This document shows, piece after piece, positions 53,192 to 62,674 of a DNA stretch of 62,674 nt. A program made the translations under genes and the position numbers. Origin of the DNA: Coleofasciculus chthonoplastes F2-STO-03. Lineage in GTDB: Bacteria; Cyanobacteriota; Cyanobacteriia; Cyanobacteriales; Coleofasciculaceae. Every line of letters begins with the position of its first letter. The stretch's first letter is position 1. Where the stretch lies: the NCBI GenBank assembly GCA_040222015.1, contig JAVJWO010000210.1:1-62674 (forward strand). Direction: 5' to 3'. A model generated the notes under the pieces. That model saw nothing but the letters and a program-made list of their open reading frames with translations, was not told the origin of the DNA and searched no databases.

Positions 53192-55786
53192 ATGAGTACA
53201 TCCCAAGAGCGGATTGTCCCGACAAATCTTCGCAGCGAAATGTCTAGGTCATACCTAGAATATGCCATGAGCGTCATCGTGGGTCGGGCGCTACCCGATG
53301 CGAGGGATGGACTCAAGCCAGTACATCGGCGGATTCTCTATGCGATGCATGAACTGGGACTCACGCCCGATCGCCCCTTCCGTAAATGCGCCCGTGTTGT
53401 GGGTGAAGTCTTAGGGAAATATCACCCCCACGGCGATACAGCGGTGTACGATGCCTTAGTTCGCATGGCGCAGGATTTCTCCATGCGATCGCCCCTAATT
53501 AACGGACATGGTAACTTTGGCTCGGTGGATAATGATCCACCAGCGGCAATGCGTTACACAGAATGCCGCTTGCAATCCTTAGCCACAGACTCCCTACTCC
53601 GGGATATTGAGTCGGAAACTGTCGATTTCCTGGATAACTTCGATGGATCACAACAAGAACCGATCGTCCTCCCCGCCCGGGTTCCCCAGATACTCCTGAA
53701 TGGATCATCGGGTATTGCTGTTGGTATGGCAACCAATATCCCGCCCCATAATTTGGGTGAATTGGTGGATGGCTTAGTCGCCCTAATCCATAACCCAGAA
53801 ATCACCGAAAAAGAATTGATGCGGTATATTCCCGCCCCTGACTTTCCCACGGGCGGTCAAATCCTGGGCAGATCGGGCATCAAAGACGCCTACACCACCG
53901 GGCGCGGTTCAATCACCATGCGGGGTGTGGCGCAAGTTGAAACCATAGAACACCGGGGACGCCCTGATAAAGAAGCGATTATTGTCACCGAACTACCCTA
54001 CCAAACCAATAAAGCGGCACTGATTGAAAAAATTGCCGAACTGGTTAATGATAAGCGCATTGAAGGCATTTCGGATATTCGGGATGAAAGCGATCGCCAG
54101 GGAATGCGGATAGTGATTGAACTGAAGCGGGATGCCTATCCCCGTGTGGTTCTCAACAATCTCTACAAGCAAACTCCCATCCAAAGCAATTTTGGTGCCA
54201 ACATGCTGGCATTAGTCGGGAATGAACCCCAACTATTGACCATCAAACAGTTCCTCGAAGTTTTCCTCGAGTTCCGCATCGAAACAATTACCCGGCGCAC
54301 CCAATACGAACTTCGCAAAGCCGAGGAACGGGATCATCTGTTGCAAGGGTTACTCATTGCCCTAGATAACTTGGATGCGGTAATCGCTGTAATTCGTGCC
54401 GCTGCCGATACCGCCACCGCCAAGAGTCAATTAATCGACCAATTTGGACTGTCCGAAGCCCAAGCTGATGCCATTTTGCAAATGCAACTGCGACGCTTGA
54501 CGGCATTAGAAGCCCAGAAAATTCAAGCCGAACACGAAGAGTTACAAGTTCGCATTGCGGATCTACAAGATATTCTGGCGAATCGACAGCGCATCCTAGA
54601 AATTATCGAAACTGAAGCGCTTCAGATCAAAACAACCCATAGTACACCTCGCCGCACGGTGATTCAAGAGGTGGAAGGGGAACTGGATGATATTGACCTA
54701 ATCGCCAATGAAAAAGCAATAATTTTAGTCACGGAACAAGGGTATATCAAACGGATGCCCATTCACTCCTTTGCTGCCCAAGCTCGGGCAACCCGGGGCA
54801 AAGCCGCCGCCCGGATTAAGGAGGATGACGGGGTTGAGCATTTCCTGAGTTGCTGTGATCACGACACCCTCCTATTTTTTAGCGATCGCGGTGTGGTTTA
54901 CTCCCTACGCGCTTACCAAATCCCCGCCACATCTCGTACCGCCAGAGGGGTACCGATCGTGCAAATGCTGCCGATTCCCCACAATGAAAAAATTACCTCA
55001 GTTGTACCGGTTTCTGAGTTCACCGATGATGTGTATTTGGTGATGTTAACCCGCAAAGGGTATATCAAAAAAACGGTGTTGGATGCCTTTAGTAATATCC
55101 GGGCAAATGGTTTAATTGCCATTTCTCTAGGTGAGGGCGATCAACTGCGCTGGGTGCGTCTATGCCGAGCTGAAGATAGTATTATCATTGGTTCGAGTAA
55201 GGGAATGGCAATTCATTTTAAAGCCGATCATGACCAACTCCGTCCCCTGGGTCGGGCTACACGGGGGGTTAAGGCGATGAAGCTGCGCTCTAAGGATGAG
55301 TTGATCAGTATGGATATTCTCCCGGCTCAAGTTGTGGAGAGACTGATTGCTACAGCCGATGAAGAGGCGGAAATGGAAGACGATACCAGCAGCAGTGATG
55401 AACTCAATGGGGAAGAGATTCACGAAACCGCCGGTCAAGGACCCTGGGTTTTGGTGGTTACCACAGGCGGTTTAGGCAAGCGAGTGCCAGTGTCTCAATT
55501 CCGACTGCAAAATCGCGCCGGAATGGGATTAGTGACGATTAAGTTCCGCCATAGCAAAGATAAACTCGCCGCGTTGCGGGTGGTGAATGAAGGGGATGAA
55601 TTGATGGTGGTGACGATGCGAGGCATTATTATTCGCCAAGCCATTGATGCCATTTCCCCTCAATCCCGAATGGCGACAGGGATACGAGTACAACGCTTAG
55701 ATGAGGAGGATGCGATCGCAGCGGTGGCGTTAGTTCCTTTATCGGGTTCTGAGGAAGAAGCTGAAGCATTGGATGAGGCGTTGTAA
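53192..55786 (+). CDS. gyrA: DNA gyrase subunit A
   Basis: [21 protein letters not shown], catalytic AAMRYTE, GyrA-box variant QARATRGK and C-terminal pinwheel repeats. Confidence 0.95.
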   Translation: MSTSQERIVPTNLRSEMSRSYLEYAMSVIVGRALPDARDGLKPVHRRILYAMHELGLTPDRPFRKCARVVGEVLGKYHPHGDTAVYDALVRMAQDFSMRSPLINGHGNFGSVDNDPPAAMRYTECRLQSLATDSLLRDIESETVDFLDNFDGSQQEPIVLPARVPQILLNGSSGIAVGMATNIPPHNLGELVDGLVALIHNPEITEKELMRYIPAPDFPTGGQILGRSGIKDAYTTGRGSITMRGVAQVETIEHRGRPDKEAIIVTELPYQTNKAALIEKIAELVNDKRIEGISDIRDESDRQGMRIVIELKRDAYPRVVLNNLYKQTPIQSNFGANMLALVGNEPQLLTIKQFLEVFLEFRIETITRRTQYELRKAEERDHLLQGLLIALDNLDAVIAVIRAAADTATAKSQLIDQFGLSEAQADAILQMQLRRLTALEAQKIQAEHEELQVRIADLQDILANRQRILEIIETEALQIKTTHSTPRRTVIQEVEGELDDIDLIANEKAIILVTEQGYIKRMPIHSFAAQARATRGKAAARIKEDDGVEHFLSCCDHDTLLFFSDRGVVYSLRAYQIPATSRTARGVPIVQMLPIPHNEKITSVVPVSEFTDDVYLVMLTRKGYIKKTVLDAFSNIRANGLIAISLGEGDQLRWVRLCRAEDSIIIGSSKGMAIHFKADHDQLRPLGRATRGVKAMKLRSKDELISMDILPAQVVERLIATADEEAEMEDDTSSSDELNGEEIHETAGQGPWVLVVTTGGLGKRVPVSQFRLQNRAGMGLVTIKFRHSKDKLAALRVVNEGDELMVVTMRGIIIRQAIDAISPQSRMATGIRVQRLDEEDAIAAVALVPLSGSEEEAEALDEAL

Positions 55787-55986
55787 CGTCAATTAGGCAA
55801 CAGGGAACGGGGAACAGGAAACAGTGAGATAGGGCGGGTTTTGTTGTTCAGTTATTTCTGAATAGCTGATTGTAGTTCCTAAACCCGCCCCTACAATTTT
55901 TATAGAATTCTAATCTCTCTAGCTCCCTTCTTGCTCCCCTCTCCCAAGCTTGGGAGGAGGGGCTGGGGGTGAGGGCTGGCTTACCT

Positions 55987-56967
55987 TCATTTGGTTTCCT
56001 CTGGTGAGGGAGAAGAAGAATCCGGAGACCAAACCCCACGATCAACCGTCATCGATATAATTCCAGCAATGGCAGCGGCTATTCCCAGAATTCCCCCCAC
56101 TATTTTCCCCACCTTCACCCATTCCGCCTTCGTTTGCGGAAATCCAGGAACCCTTATCCCCCGCCTGATTCCCAATAACGCTAACCACTCCTCCATTGTT
56201 TGCGGGCGATCGCCATATTCCAATTTCATACCCTGGACAATCGACTGATTCACCCGCTCAGAAATATCAAACTTTAGCGTCTTCGGTTCAACTAACTCAA
56301 CAATATCATCCAAACGATCTAACGCCGTTGCGGGAAATTTCCCCGTGAGTAAAACATACAATGTTGCAGCTAATGAATAAACATCCGTATACGCCCCCCG
56401 TTCTCGGTTTGTTGAACTTAACTCCACCGGGGCGAATTGCTTATCTTTCCAACGGGAAGTTAACGGATTATTAAACTCCCCCGCTAAATCAAAATCAATC
56501 AGCACCGCCTGCTGCTTTCCGGCGCGTACCATAATATTCTCTGGCTTCACATCCCGATGCAGCAATCCCTGTTGATGCACCTCAATTAGCGCTTCACCCA
56601 CCTGCTGGATATAAACCAAGGCTTCCTTTTGGGGTATGGGTAGCGTCAAGTCAGAGAGTTTAATCCCGGCGATATACTCCATCACAATACAAAAAATTTG
56701 CGCCTCTTTAAACGTGCGGTAAACTCGGACAATATGAGGATGTTTGCAGCGTTCCAGCTTCAGCGCCTCATCACAAAACTTTGACTCGATGCTAGTTTGT
56801 TCTGCATCTGGAAGGTGACTGAGAATATCCTGATTTAGGGTTTTGACGACAAAATCCTTTCCGGTATCATCCTGAACCCGATAGGTAATCGCACAACGTC
56901 CTCGTCCTAATTCCTGTTGTATCGTGTACTTGCCATTTTGTAACGTCTGTCCCGTTGTCCAAGCCAT
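55987..56967 (-). CDS. Hanks-type Ser/Thr protein kinase with C-terminal TM helix
   Basis: LGRG, VVK, HRDVKPEN, LIDFD and TDVYSLA motifs. Confidence 0.92.
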   Translation of the reverse strand: MAWTTGQTLQNGKYTIQQELGRGRCAITYRVQDDTGKDFVVKTLNQDILSHLPDAEQTSIESKFCDEALKLERCKHPHIVRVYRTFKEAQIFCIVMEYIAGIKLSDLTLPIPQKEALVYIQQVGEALIEVHQQGLLHRDVKPENIMVRAGKQQAVLIDFDLAGEFNNPLTSRWKDKQFAPVELSSTNRERGAYTDVYSLAATLYVLLTGKFPATALDRLDDIVELVEPKTLKFDISERVNQSIVQGMKLEYGDRPQTMEEWLALLGIRRGIRVPGFPQTKAEWVKVGKIVGGILGIAAAIAGIISMTVDRGVWSPDSSSPSPEETK

Positions 56968-57187
56968 TACCGTAAATCCAAGACGTTACCTTATTCTGAC
57001 ACAAGGGCAATTTGTCTTATGTCATTGGTTTATGTAAGGGTTTGAGGACTATTTACAGAACTTAATATAGTTTGGGCTTTTTCCACAAACCTACTTAGGC
57101 GGGCATGATGTAATAAGAAACAAGAATAAGGAACCTGGGCGTGTTGATAACCTTTAACAAAATTGATGTTTCGGTACTTATCAGCGG

Positions 57188-57227
57188 ATTGATCAGATAA
57201 TTATTAATTAATAATTATCTGATCAAT
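57188..57227. repeat. perfect 40-bp palindrome
   Basis: ATTGATCAGATAATTATTAA|TTAATAATTATCTGATCAAT. Confidence 0.95.
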
Positions 57228-57251
57228 TGTTAACCCTAAATAAAACAACGA

Positions 57252-58043
57252 ATGGATATCGTAGAATACAATCGCATCAAGCTGACCATCCGCCATCGAC
57301 CTCTGTTGCTGTGGCTTTTGAGTAGTATTCTTGCCGCCGTCGGGCTAGGGGTAATTTCCTTTCAAAGTGGGTCAGCCCTAACCTGCCAGCGAGCGGCACA
57401 AACAGGCAGTTGTGAATTAGTCAACTCCGGTTTAGTCGGAACAGAGGTTAGAACTATTCCGTTAGAGAGTTTACGAGATGCCAGCATTGAGATCAATCCC
57501 AGGAATGAGAATAATGATACTTATCGGGTTGTCCTCTTGACTAGAAGCAGTGAGATTCCCTTGACGTCGAACTATAGTGCCGATAGTAATCAGCAAGAGT
57601 CTATTGCTTCCCAAATTAATACTTTTATTATGAATCAAGACCAGGTATCCCTGAACGTGCAGCAAGACGAGCGCTGGTTTAGTTATCTGTTTGGCAGTTT
57701 ATTGATCGGGGTGGGGTTGTTCGTGGCGGTGCATAAAGGGAAAGTCGTTACCTTGAGCTTTGATAAAGTGCGCGATCGCATGATGCTCAAGCAACGGGGT
57801 TTGCTCAGGGGTACAACCATAGAACTCCCTCTTGCCGAGATTGTTGATGTGACGATAGAAACGATTAGAGATGCCAAAGATCGCCAGATAGAGCGAGTGG
57901 CTCTGGTTTTGAACTCGGGTAAGCATCTTGCCATCACTCCCGATGCTGATCCATTCTGGGACTACAAAAAAGTGGCTCACTGCATTCGCCTCTTTCTAAA
58001 TCTCAACTCGGAGCCGTCATCGGGAAAGACGCCACAGATCTGA
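57252..58043 (+). CDS. hypothetical membrane protein (two TM helices)
   Basis: TM, then LTCQR...CEL, YRVVL...IPLT, a second TM and a second similar module. Confidence 0.75.
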   Translation: MDIVEYNRIKLTIRHRPLLLWLLSSILAAVGLGVISFQSGSALTCQRAAQTGSCELVNSGLVGTEVRTIPLESLRDASIEINPRNENNDTYRVVLLTRSSEIPLTSNYSADSNQQESIASQINTFIMNQDQVSLNVQQDERWFSYLFGSLLIGVGLFVAVHKGKVVTLSFDKVRDRMMLKQRGLLRGTTIELPLAEIVDVTIETIRDAKDRQIERVALVLNSGKHLAITPDADPFWDYKKVAHCIRLFLNLNSEPSSGKTPQI

Positions 58044-58275
58044 GCAGGAGAAGCTGGGGGAGCAATGTAGAGACGTGCCATGGCACGTCTGGGAGATGAG
58101 AGCGGGTTTTGAACCAACGTTATCATCAATAGCTGGCGCGAAGTCCCTAAACCCGCCCCTACACACTATGCCTTCTTTCCGAAGCGAAGGATCGAAACTC
58201 AAAACTTTCTAACAACGCGCTAACCTATTCCTGGTAGGCTGATAGCTGAGATTAACAGCAGCGTAGATGGCTAAT

Positions 58276-60636
58276 ATGGGACTGAATCGGCGGACTTTCC
58301 TGCAAAAAGCTGGCTGGGGTCTAGCGGCACTGGGAGTCAGTGAAACGGTACTATCACTCCTTGGTGATAAAAGTTTAGCCGTGCCTTTGTTGGAGCGTTA
58401 TTTTCAGGTGCTGGCACAACCCGGTGGACGTAAGTTGGCACTTCTGGTGGGGATCAATGAGTATCCGCGCACGACAGCTTTGGCAGGGTGCGTAACGGAT
58501 GTAGAGTTGCAACGAGAACTGTTAATTCATCGGTTTGGGTTCCAGGCGAACGATATCGTGACGCTGACGAATAGCCAAGCCACTCGCGAGACGATTGAAA
58601 CCACGTTTATTGAACATTTGACCAAGCAAGCCGAGGCGGGTGATGTGGTTGTCTTCCACTTTAGTGGTTACGGCAGCCAAGTGCAGATGCCGCAGTCGGA
58701 GAAAACCGTCGCTTCGTCGATGGGCTGGCAAAACAGTTTTGTACCCGTTGATGGGATCTTACCCACAAAAGGCGAACCCGCTGCTAATGATTTTTTAGCT
58801 GAAACCTTGGTATTGCTGTTGCGATCGCTAGCGACGGATCAGGTGACAACAGTCCTTGATACCAGTCATACGCAAGCGGTGAATATCCTCAAAGGCAGTC
58901 TAAAAGTACGCTCTTCTCCCCGCAAACCCGCCCTAGCGCCTAATCCCGACGAACTGGCGTTTCAAGAACAACTGGTGCAGCGGATCAAAGCCTCATCCAA
59001 ACCCTGGAAATCATTAGATAAATCCATGCAAATGCCAGGATTGGTGTTAACGGCGGCGGGTTCGTCTCAACCCGCAACTGAGACGCAGTGGAATGGCTTT
59101 AGTGCGGGTTTATTCACCTATGCTCTAACTCAGCATCTTTGGCAAGCCACGGCTGCAACCAGTGTTCAGATTAGCGTCAGTCGCACCACTGGGATGATTA
59201 ATCAATTCGCGGGTAATGATCAACAGCCTCAGTTAACGGGTCAAAAGAGCCAAAATTCCTTGCTTGCCTATTACTTATCCCCCAATCCTCCCTTGGGGGC
59301 AGATGGAGTTGTCACGGGGATTGAAGAGAATGGCAAAGTGGCACAGCTATGGTTAGCGGGATTACCGGCACCTGTGTTGGAGTACTATAATCCCAATTCG
59401 GTTCTAGAGTTGATCGATGGGGAATCGCTGAGTTTACCGCCGTCGCCGCCCGAAAATTCCTCAGCTACGGATAACCTCGCCCAACCTGTCCCTAAATCCG
59501 TTCAACTCCAACTGCGATCCAAAGACGGGTTAACCGCCAAGGCACGTATACTGAGTGGCAATGGTGGGGAAAAAGTGCAACCGCAAGTGGGTCAACTGGT
59601 ACGCGAACGGATTAGAGTTTTACCCCGAAATATGGGTTTAACGATTGCCCTGGATACTCACTTAGAACGCATTGAACGGGTGGATGCAACCAGTGCCTTT
59701 GCTAGTATTCCTTCGGTGTCATCCGTTGTAGTTGCTGGGGAACAAGCAACAGATTATGTGTTTGGCAGAGGAAAAAAACAGGCAACAGAAACGTCAGAAC
59801 CGAAGTTTAAAGGAGGCTATGGACTCTTTTCCCTTGCCCGGAACCCAATTCCTAATAGTCTAGGCGAGGAGGCGGAGGCAGTTAAATCAGCAGTGAATCG
59901 CTTAAATCCCAAATTTAAAACCTTATTGGCAATGAAATGGCTGCGGTTGACCGCGAATGAAGGGTCATCGCGCCTGGGGATTCGGGCGTCGCTGGAAATG
60001 ATTGCCCCGGAAACTAAGACAATCATCCAACGGGAAACCTGGCGCACGTCTGTTGGGTTCGCTACCAATAAAACGAAGAAAAATGCGAGTAATACATCGC
60101 CCTCGGTGGGATCAGCAACAATGCCCAAGTTACCCATTGGTAGTCGGGTGCAGTATCGCGTAGAAAATTATAGCGATCGCCCGTTGTATTTCATGGTGTT
60201 GGGTTTGGAAAGTAGCGGCGGTGCGATCGCGTTTTATCAACAACTCCCTTCCCCGGAAGGATTGGAGTCAGAGCAAAATCCACCGCTGATTAGTGGTGCG
60301 ATCAAACCTGGGGAAACTCTGATTCTGCCCCAACCTTCGGCATCTTTTAATTGGATGATTCCCGGTCCTGTGGGTGTGGCGGAAATTCAACTGATTTGCA
60401 GCCCTTCTCCGTTCAAAGGTGCGATCGCGGCATTAGAAGCAGCCATGCGTCCTAAGGGAGAGGGAGAACGAGTGGGGGATTTGTTTAATCCCCTAGAAGT
60501 CACACGGGCGATTCTACAAGACTTGGATCAGGCGAGTAAAATTACTCCGGATAGTCTAGATATCGGTTCTGATGTGTATGCATTGGATGTGAATGCTTGG
60601 GCAACCTTGAGTTTTAGTTATCAAGTGGTTTCTTGA
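58276..60636 (+). CDS. caspase-family pseudo-orthocaspase with Tat-like N-terminus and DUF4384-like C-terminus
   Basis: NRRTFL, KLALLVGINEY and LAGCVTDV. The catalytic dyad is substituted: FSGYG (His to Tyr) and LDTSH (Cys to Ser). Confidence 0.88.
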   Translation: MGLNRRTFLQKAGWGLAALGVSETVLSLLGDKSLAVPLLERYFQVLAQPGGRKLALLVGINEYPRTTALAGCVTDVELQRELLIHRFGFQANDIVTLTNSQATRETIETTFIEHLTKQAEAGDVVVFHFSGYGSQVQMPQSEKTVASSMGWQNSFVPVDGILPTKGEPAANDFLAETLVLLLRSLATDQVTTVLDTSHTQAVNILKGSLKVRSSPRKPALAPNPDELAFQEQLVQRIKASSKPWKSLDKSMQMPGLVLTAAGSSQPATETQWNGFSAGLFTYALTQHLWQATAATSVQISVSRTTGMINQFAGNDQQPQLTGQKSQNSLLAYYLSPNPPLGADGVVTGIEENGKVAQLWLAGLPAPVLEYYNPNSVLELIDGESLSLPPSPPENSSATDNLAQPVPKSVQLQLRSKDGLTAKARILSGNGGEKVQPQVGQLVRERIRVLPRNMGLTIALDTHLERIERVDATSAFASIPSVSSVVVAGEQATDYVFGRGKKQATETSEPKFKGGYGLFSLARNPIPNSLGEEAEAVKSAVNRLNPKFKTLLAMKWLRLTANEGSSRLGIRASLEMIAPETKTIIQRETWRTSVGFATNKTKKNASNTSPSVGSATMPKLPIGSRVQYRVENYSDRPLYFMVLGLESSGGAIAFYQQLPSPEGLESEQNPPLISGAIKPGETLILPQPSASFNWMIPGPVGVAEIQLICSPSPFKGAIAALEAAMRPKGEGERVGDLFNPLEVTRAILQDLDQASKITPDSLDIGSDVYALDVNAWATLSFSYQVVS

Positions 60637-60785
60637 TTTGTCATTCGTCATTCGTCATTTGTCATTCGTCAATATCTGGATTATTTCCATATCGATACCC
60701 CGCCAATAAGGATGACTTGTTGGTGGTAGAGATTCCTCCGGTTGGATTGCGAAGTAAACTTAGTCAGAGTGTTAGGATTTGTAAC

Positions 60786-62531
60786 ATGGCTAATTCTCGT
60801 ATCCAAAAATTATTGGGCTATCTGCGCCCTCATACCACTCAGGTATCATTAGGCATCCTGGCTCTGCTGATTGTCAATGCCGTGGGGGTCTACATTCCCC
60901 TCTTGATTCGGGATAGTATTGAGGAACTCCGCATCGCCTTCGCCTTTGATCAGGTTTTGCGGTTAGTCGGACTGATCTTTATCCTGGCATCCTTGATGTG
61001 GGCGATTCGCATGGCATCGCGTATCCTCATCTTTGGAGTGGGGCGTCGGGTGGAATTTGACCTCAAGCAAAAGATTTTTCAGCATCTGCTTACTCTAGAA
61101 CCGTCTTATTTCTCGACGAATACAGCCGGTGATTTGATTAACCGCGCCACGAGTGATGTGGACAATATCCGCCGCCTTGTCGGGTTTGCGGTGTTGAGTT
61201 TAGCCAATATTGTCTTTGCCTACGGCTTGACGCTACCCGTGATGATGTCGATTGAGTGGCGGCTGACGTTCTTGGCGCTGGCGGTTTATCCAGTTATGTT
61301 GCTCACGGTGCGTCTGTTTAGTGATAAACTGCGTACCCAACAACAGACGGTTCAGGAAGAACTCTCTAGTCTTAGCGAACTGGTTCAGGAAGATATGAGT
61401 GGTATCTCCCTGATTAAAATTTACGCCCAGGAAGAAAATGAACGGCGTGCCTTCCGAGGTTTGAATCAACGACTTTTATCGGCAAATCTGGGATTAGCCA
61501 GCACTCGTAATGTCCTGTTTCCGGTGATTGAAGCCCTATCCTATATCAGCTTACTCCTGTTGATGTGGTTTGGATCGGGTGCGATCGCGCGGGGGGCGAT
61601 TACCATTGGGGATTTTGTCGCCCTGATTCTTTATGCGGAACGCTTAGTCTTCCCCACCGCCTTACTCGGATTCACGATTACCACCTATCAACGGGGTGAG
61701 GTGAGTATTGACCGAGTAGAGTCAATTTTAACCATTGAACCCAAAATTAAAAATGCCCCAGATGCGATCGCGCTTCCACAACCGATTCAGGGAGAGTTGA
61801 AAGCCGATCGCCTCAGCTATACGTTCCCTGATGCCAAAACTCCCGCCCTGCAAGCCGTTGACTTTCATATTCATCCCGGTGAAACGGTGGCAATTGTCGG
61901 TGCGATTGGTTCAGGAAAATCAACCCTGGCAAATGTTTTGCCTCGCCTGTTAGATATTGCGCCAAGTCAGTTATTTCTGGATAGCTTCGATGCCACTCAG
62001 ATACGCTTACCTGATTTAAGATCCGCGATCGCCTATGTTCCCCAAGATAGCTTTTTATTTAGTACCAGCCTAAAAAATAATATTGGCTACGGCGCACCGG
62101 GAAGTGAACAGCCGGAGATAGAACAGGCGGCTAAACAAGCCCAAATTCACTCAGAAGTTCTCAATTTTCCCCAACACTATGAAACAATGGTGGGAGAACG
62201 GGGAATTACTCTGTCTGGTGGTCAGCGTCAGCGAATTGCCCTGGCTAGGGCTTTAGTGATGGATGCGCCAATTCTGATTTTAGATGATGCCCTCTCTAGT
62301 GTGGATAATCAGACGGCAACCCAAATTTTGGCAAATCTTTCCACAGGCGTTGACCGCAAAACGGTGATTTTCATCTCCCACCAACTCTCAGCCGCCGCTA
62401 CCGCTGATCGGATTTTTGTCATGGATGCGGGAAAGATTGTGCAAATGGGGACTCACACTGAACTTATCCAACGTCCAGGGCTTTACCAAGACTTGTGGAG
62501 TCAGCACCAGATTGAGGAAGTTTTGCATTAG
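60786..62531 (+). CDS. ABC exporter, fused permease/ATPase (MdlA-like)
   Basis: TM domain, GAIGSGKS, LSGGQRQR, ILDDALS and H-loop. Confidence 0.93.
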   Translation: MANSRIQKLLGYLRPHTTQVSLGILALLIVNAVGVYIPLLIRDSIEELRIAFAFDQVLRLVGLIFILASLMWAIRMASRILIFGVGRRVEFDLKQKIFQHLLTLEPSYFSTNTAGDLINRATSDVDNIRRLVGFAVLSLANIVFAYGLTLPVMMSIEWRLTFLALAVYPVMLLTVRLFSDKLRTQQQTVQEELSSLSELVQEDMSGISLIKIYAQEENERRAFRGLNQRLLSANLGLASTRNVLFPVIEALSYISLLLLMWFGSGAIARGAITIGDFVALILYAERLVFPTALLGFTITTYQRGEVSIDRVESILTIEPKIKNAPDAIALPQPIQGELKADRLSYTFPDAKTPALQAVDFHIHPGETVAIVGAIGSGKSTLANVLPRLLDIAPSQLFLDSFDATQIRLPDLRSAIAYVPQDSFLFSTSLKNNIGYGAPGSEQPEIEQAAKQAQIHSEVLNFPQHYETMVGERGITLSGGQRQRIALARALVMDAPILILDDALSSVDNQTATQILANLSTGVDRKTVIFISHQLSAAATADRIFVMDAGKIVQMGTHTELIQRPGLYQDLWSQHQIEEVLH

Positions 62532-62534
62532 TTA

Positions 62535-62674
62535 CAGGGAATAGGGAACAGGGAACAGGGAACAGGGAACAGGGAACAGGGAACAGGGAACAGGGAACAG
62601 GGAACAGGGAACAGGGAACAGGGAACAGGGAACAGGGAACAGGGAACAGGGAACAGGGAACAGGGAACAGGGAA
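62535..62674 (+). repeat. STRR (GGGAACA)n running to the window end
   Basis: About 20 tandem heptamers; shorter copies at about 2561, 6023 and 55800. Confidence 0.95.

Noticed and set aside
60633..60785. Extended N-termini in the ORF track (ABC exporter; likewise rpoA, rpsC, rpsS, rplW, rplC)
   Set aside because: They translate STRR or intergenic sequence; downstream starts match the family N-termini.
223..61469. Many 60-180 aa ORFs antisense to or overlapping real genes (e.g. 223-768, 23772-24152, 41835-42224, 59817-60137)
   Set aside because: Shadow ORFs with no recognisable motifs.
62535..62674. (GGGAACA)n and other heptamer arrays as possible CRISPR arrays
   Set aside because: They are contiguous 7-mers with no spacers, i.e. 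ordinary cyanobacterial STRRs. The terminal one probably marks an assembly break.

Overview
This window is from a cyanobacterial chromosome: HIP1 GCGATCGC octamers are frequent, and heptamer STRRs and GTAG-type REP hairpins fill the intergenic regions. The gene style suggests a filamentous Oscillatoriales/Coleofasciculus-like organism (inference). 1-23 kb is a mixed housekeeping/accessory region with several broken genes, a BrnTA toxin-antitoxin pair, a Yfr2-type ncRNA and a probable RNA-repair cluster (two RlaP-like nucleotidyltransferases plus an AAA_33 kinase). 23.7-43.5 kb (minus strand) is the cyanobacterial ribosomal superoperon from rplC to prfA. Two IS200/IS605-superfamily elements have invaded it: a tnpB element between rplO and secY, and an IscB/IsrB-type omegaRNA (HEARO-like) remnant between rplF and rplR whose 15-codon ORF overlaps the rplR start. 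44.3-52.3 kb is a tightly coupled four-gene DISARM-like cassette: two uncharacterised ORFs (possibly a split DrmE), a DrmA-like helicase and a DrmB-like DUF1998 protein, with no methyltransferase or PLD nuclease gene. This is the best candidate for an undescribed defence system. The window ends with gyrA, a Ser/Thr kinase, a pseudo-orthocaspase, an ABC exporter and a (GGGAACA)n tract. All family calls come from motif recognition by eye; no searches were run.
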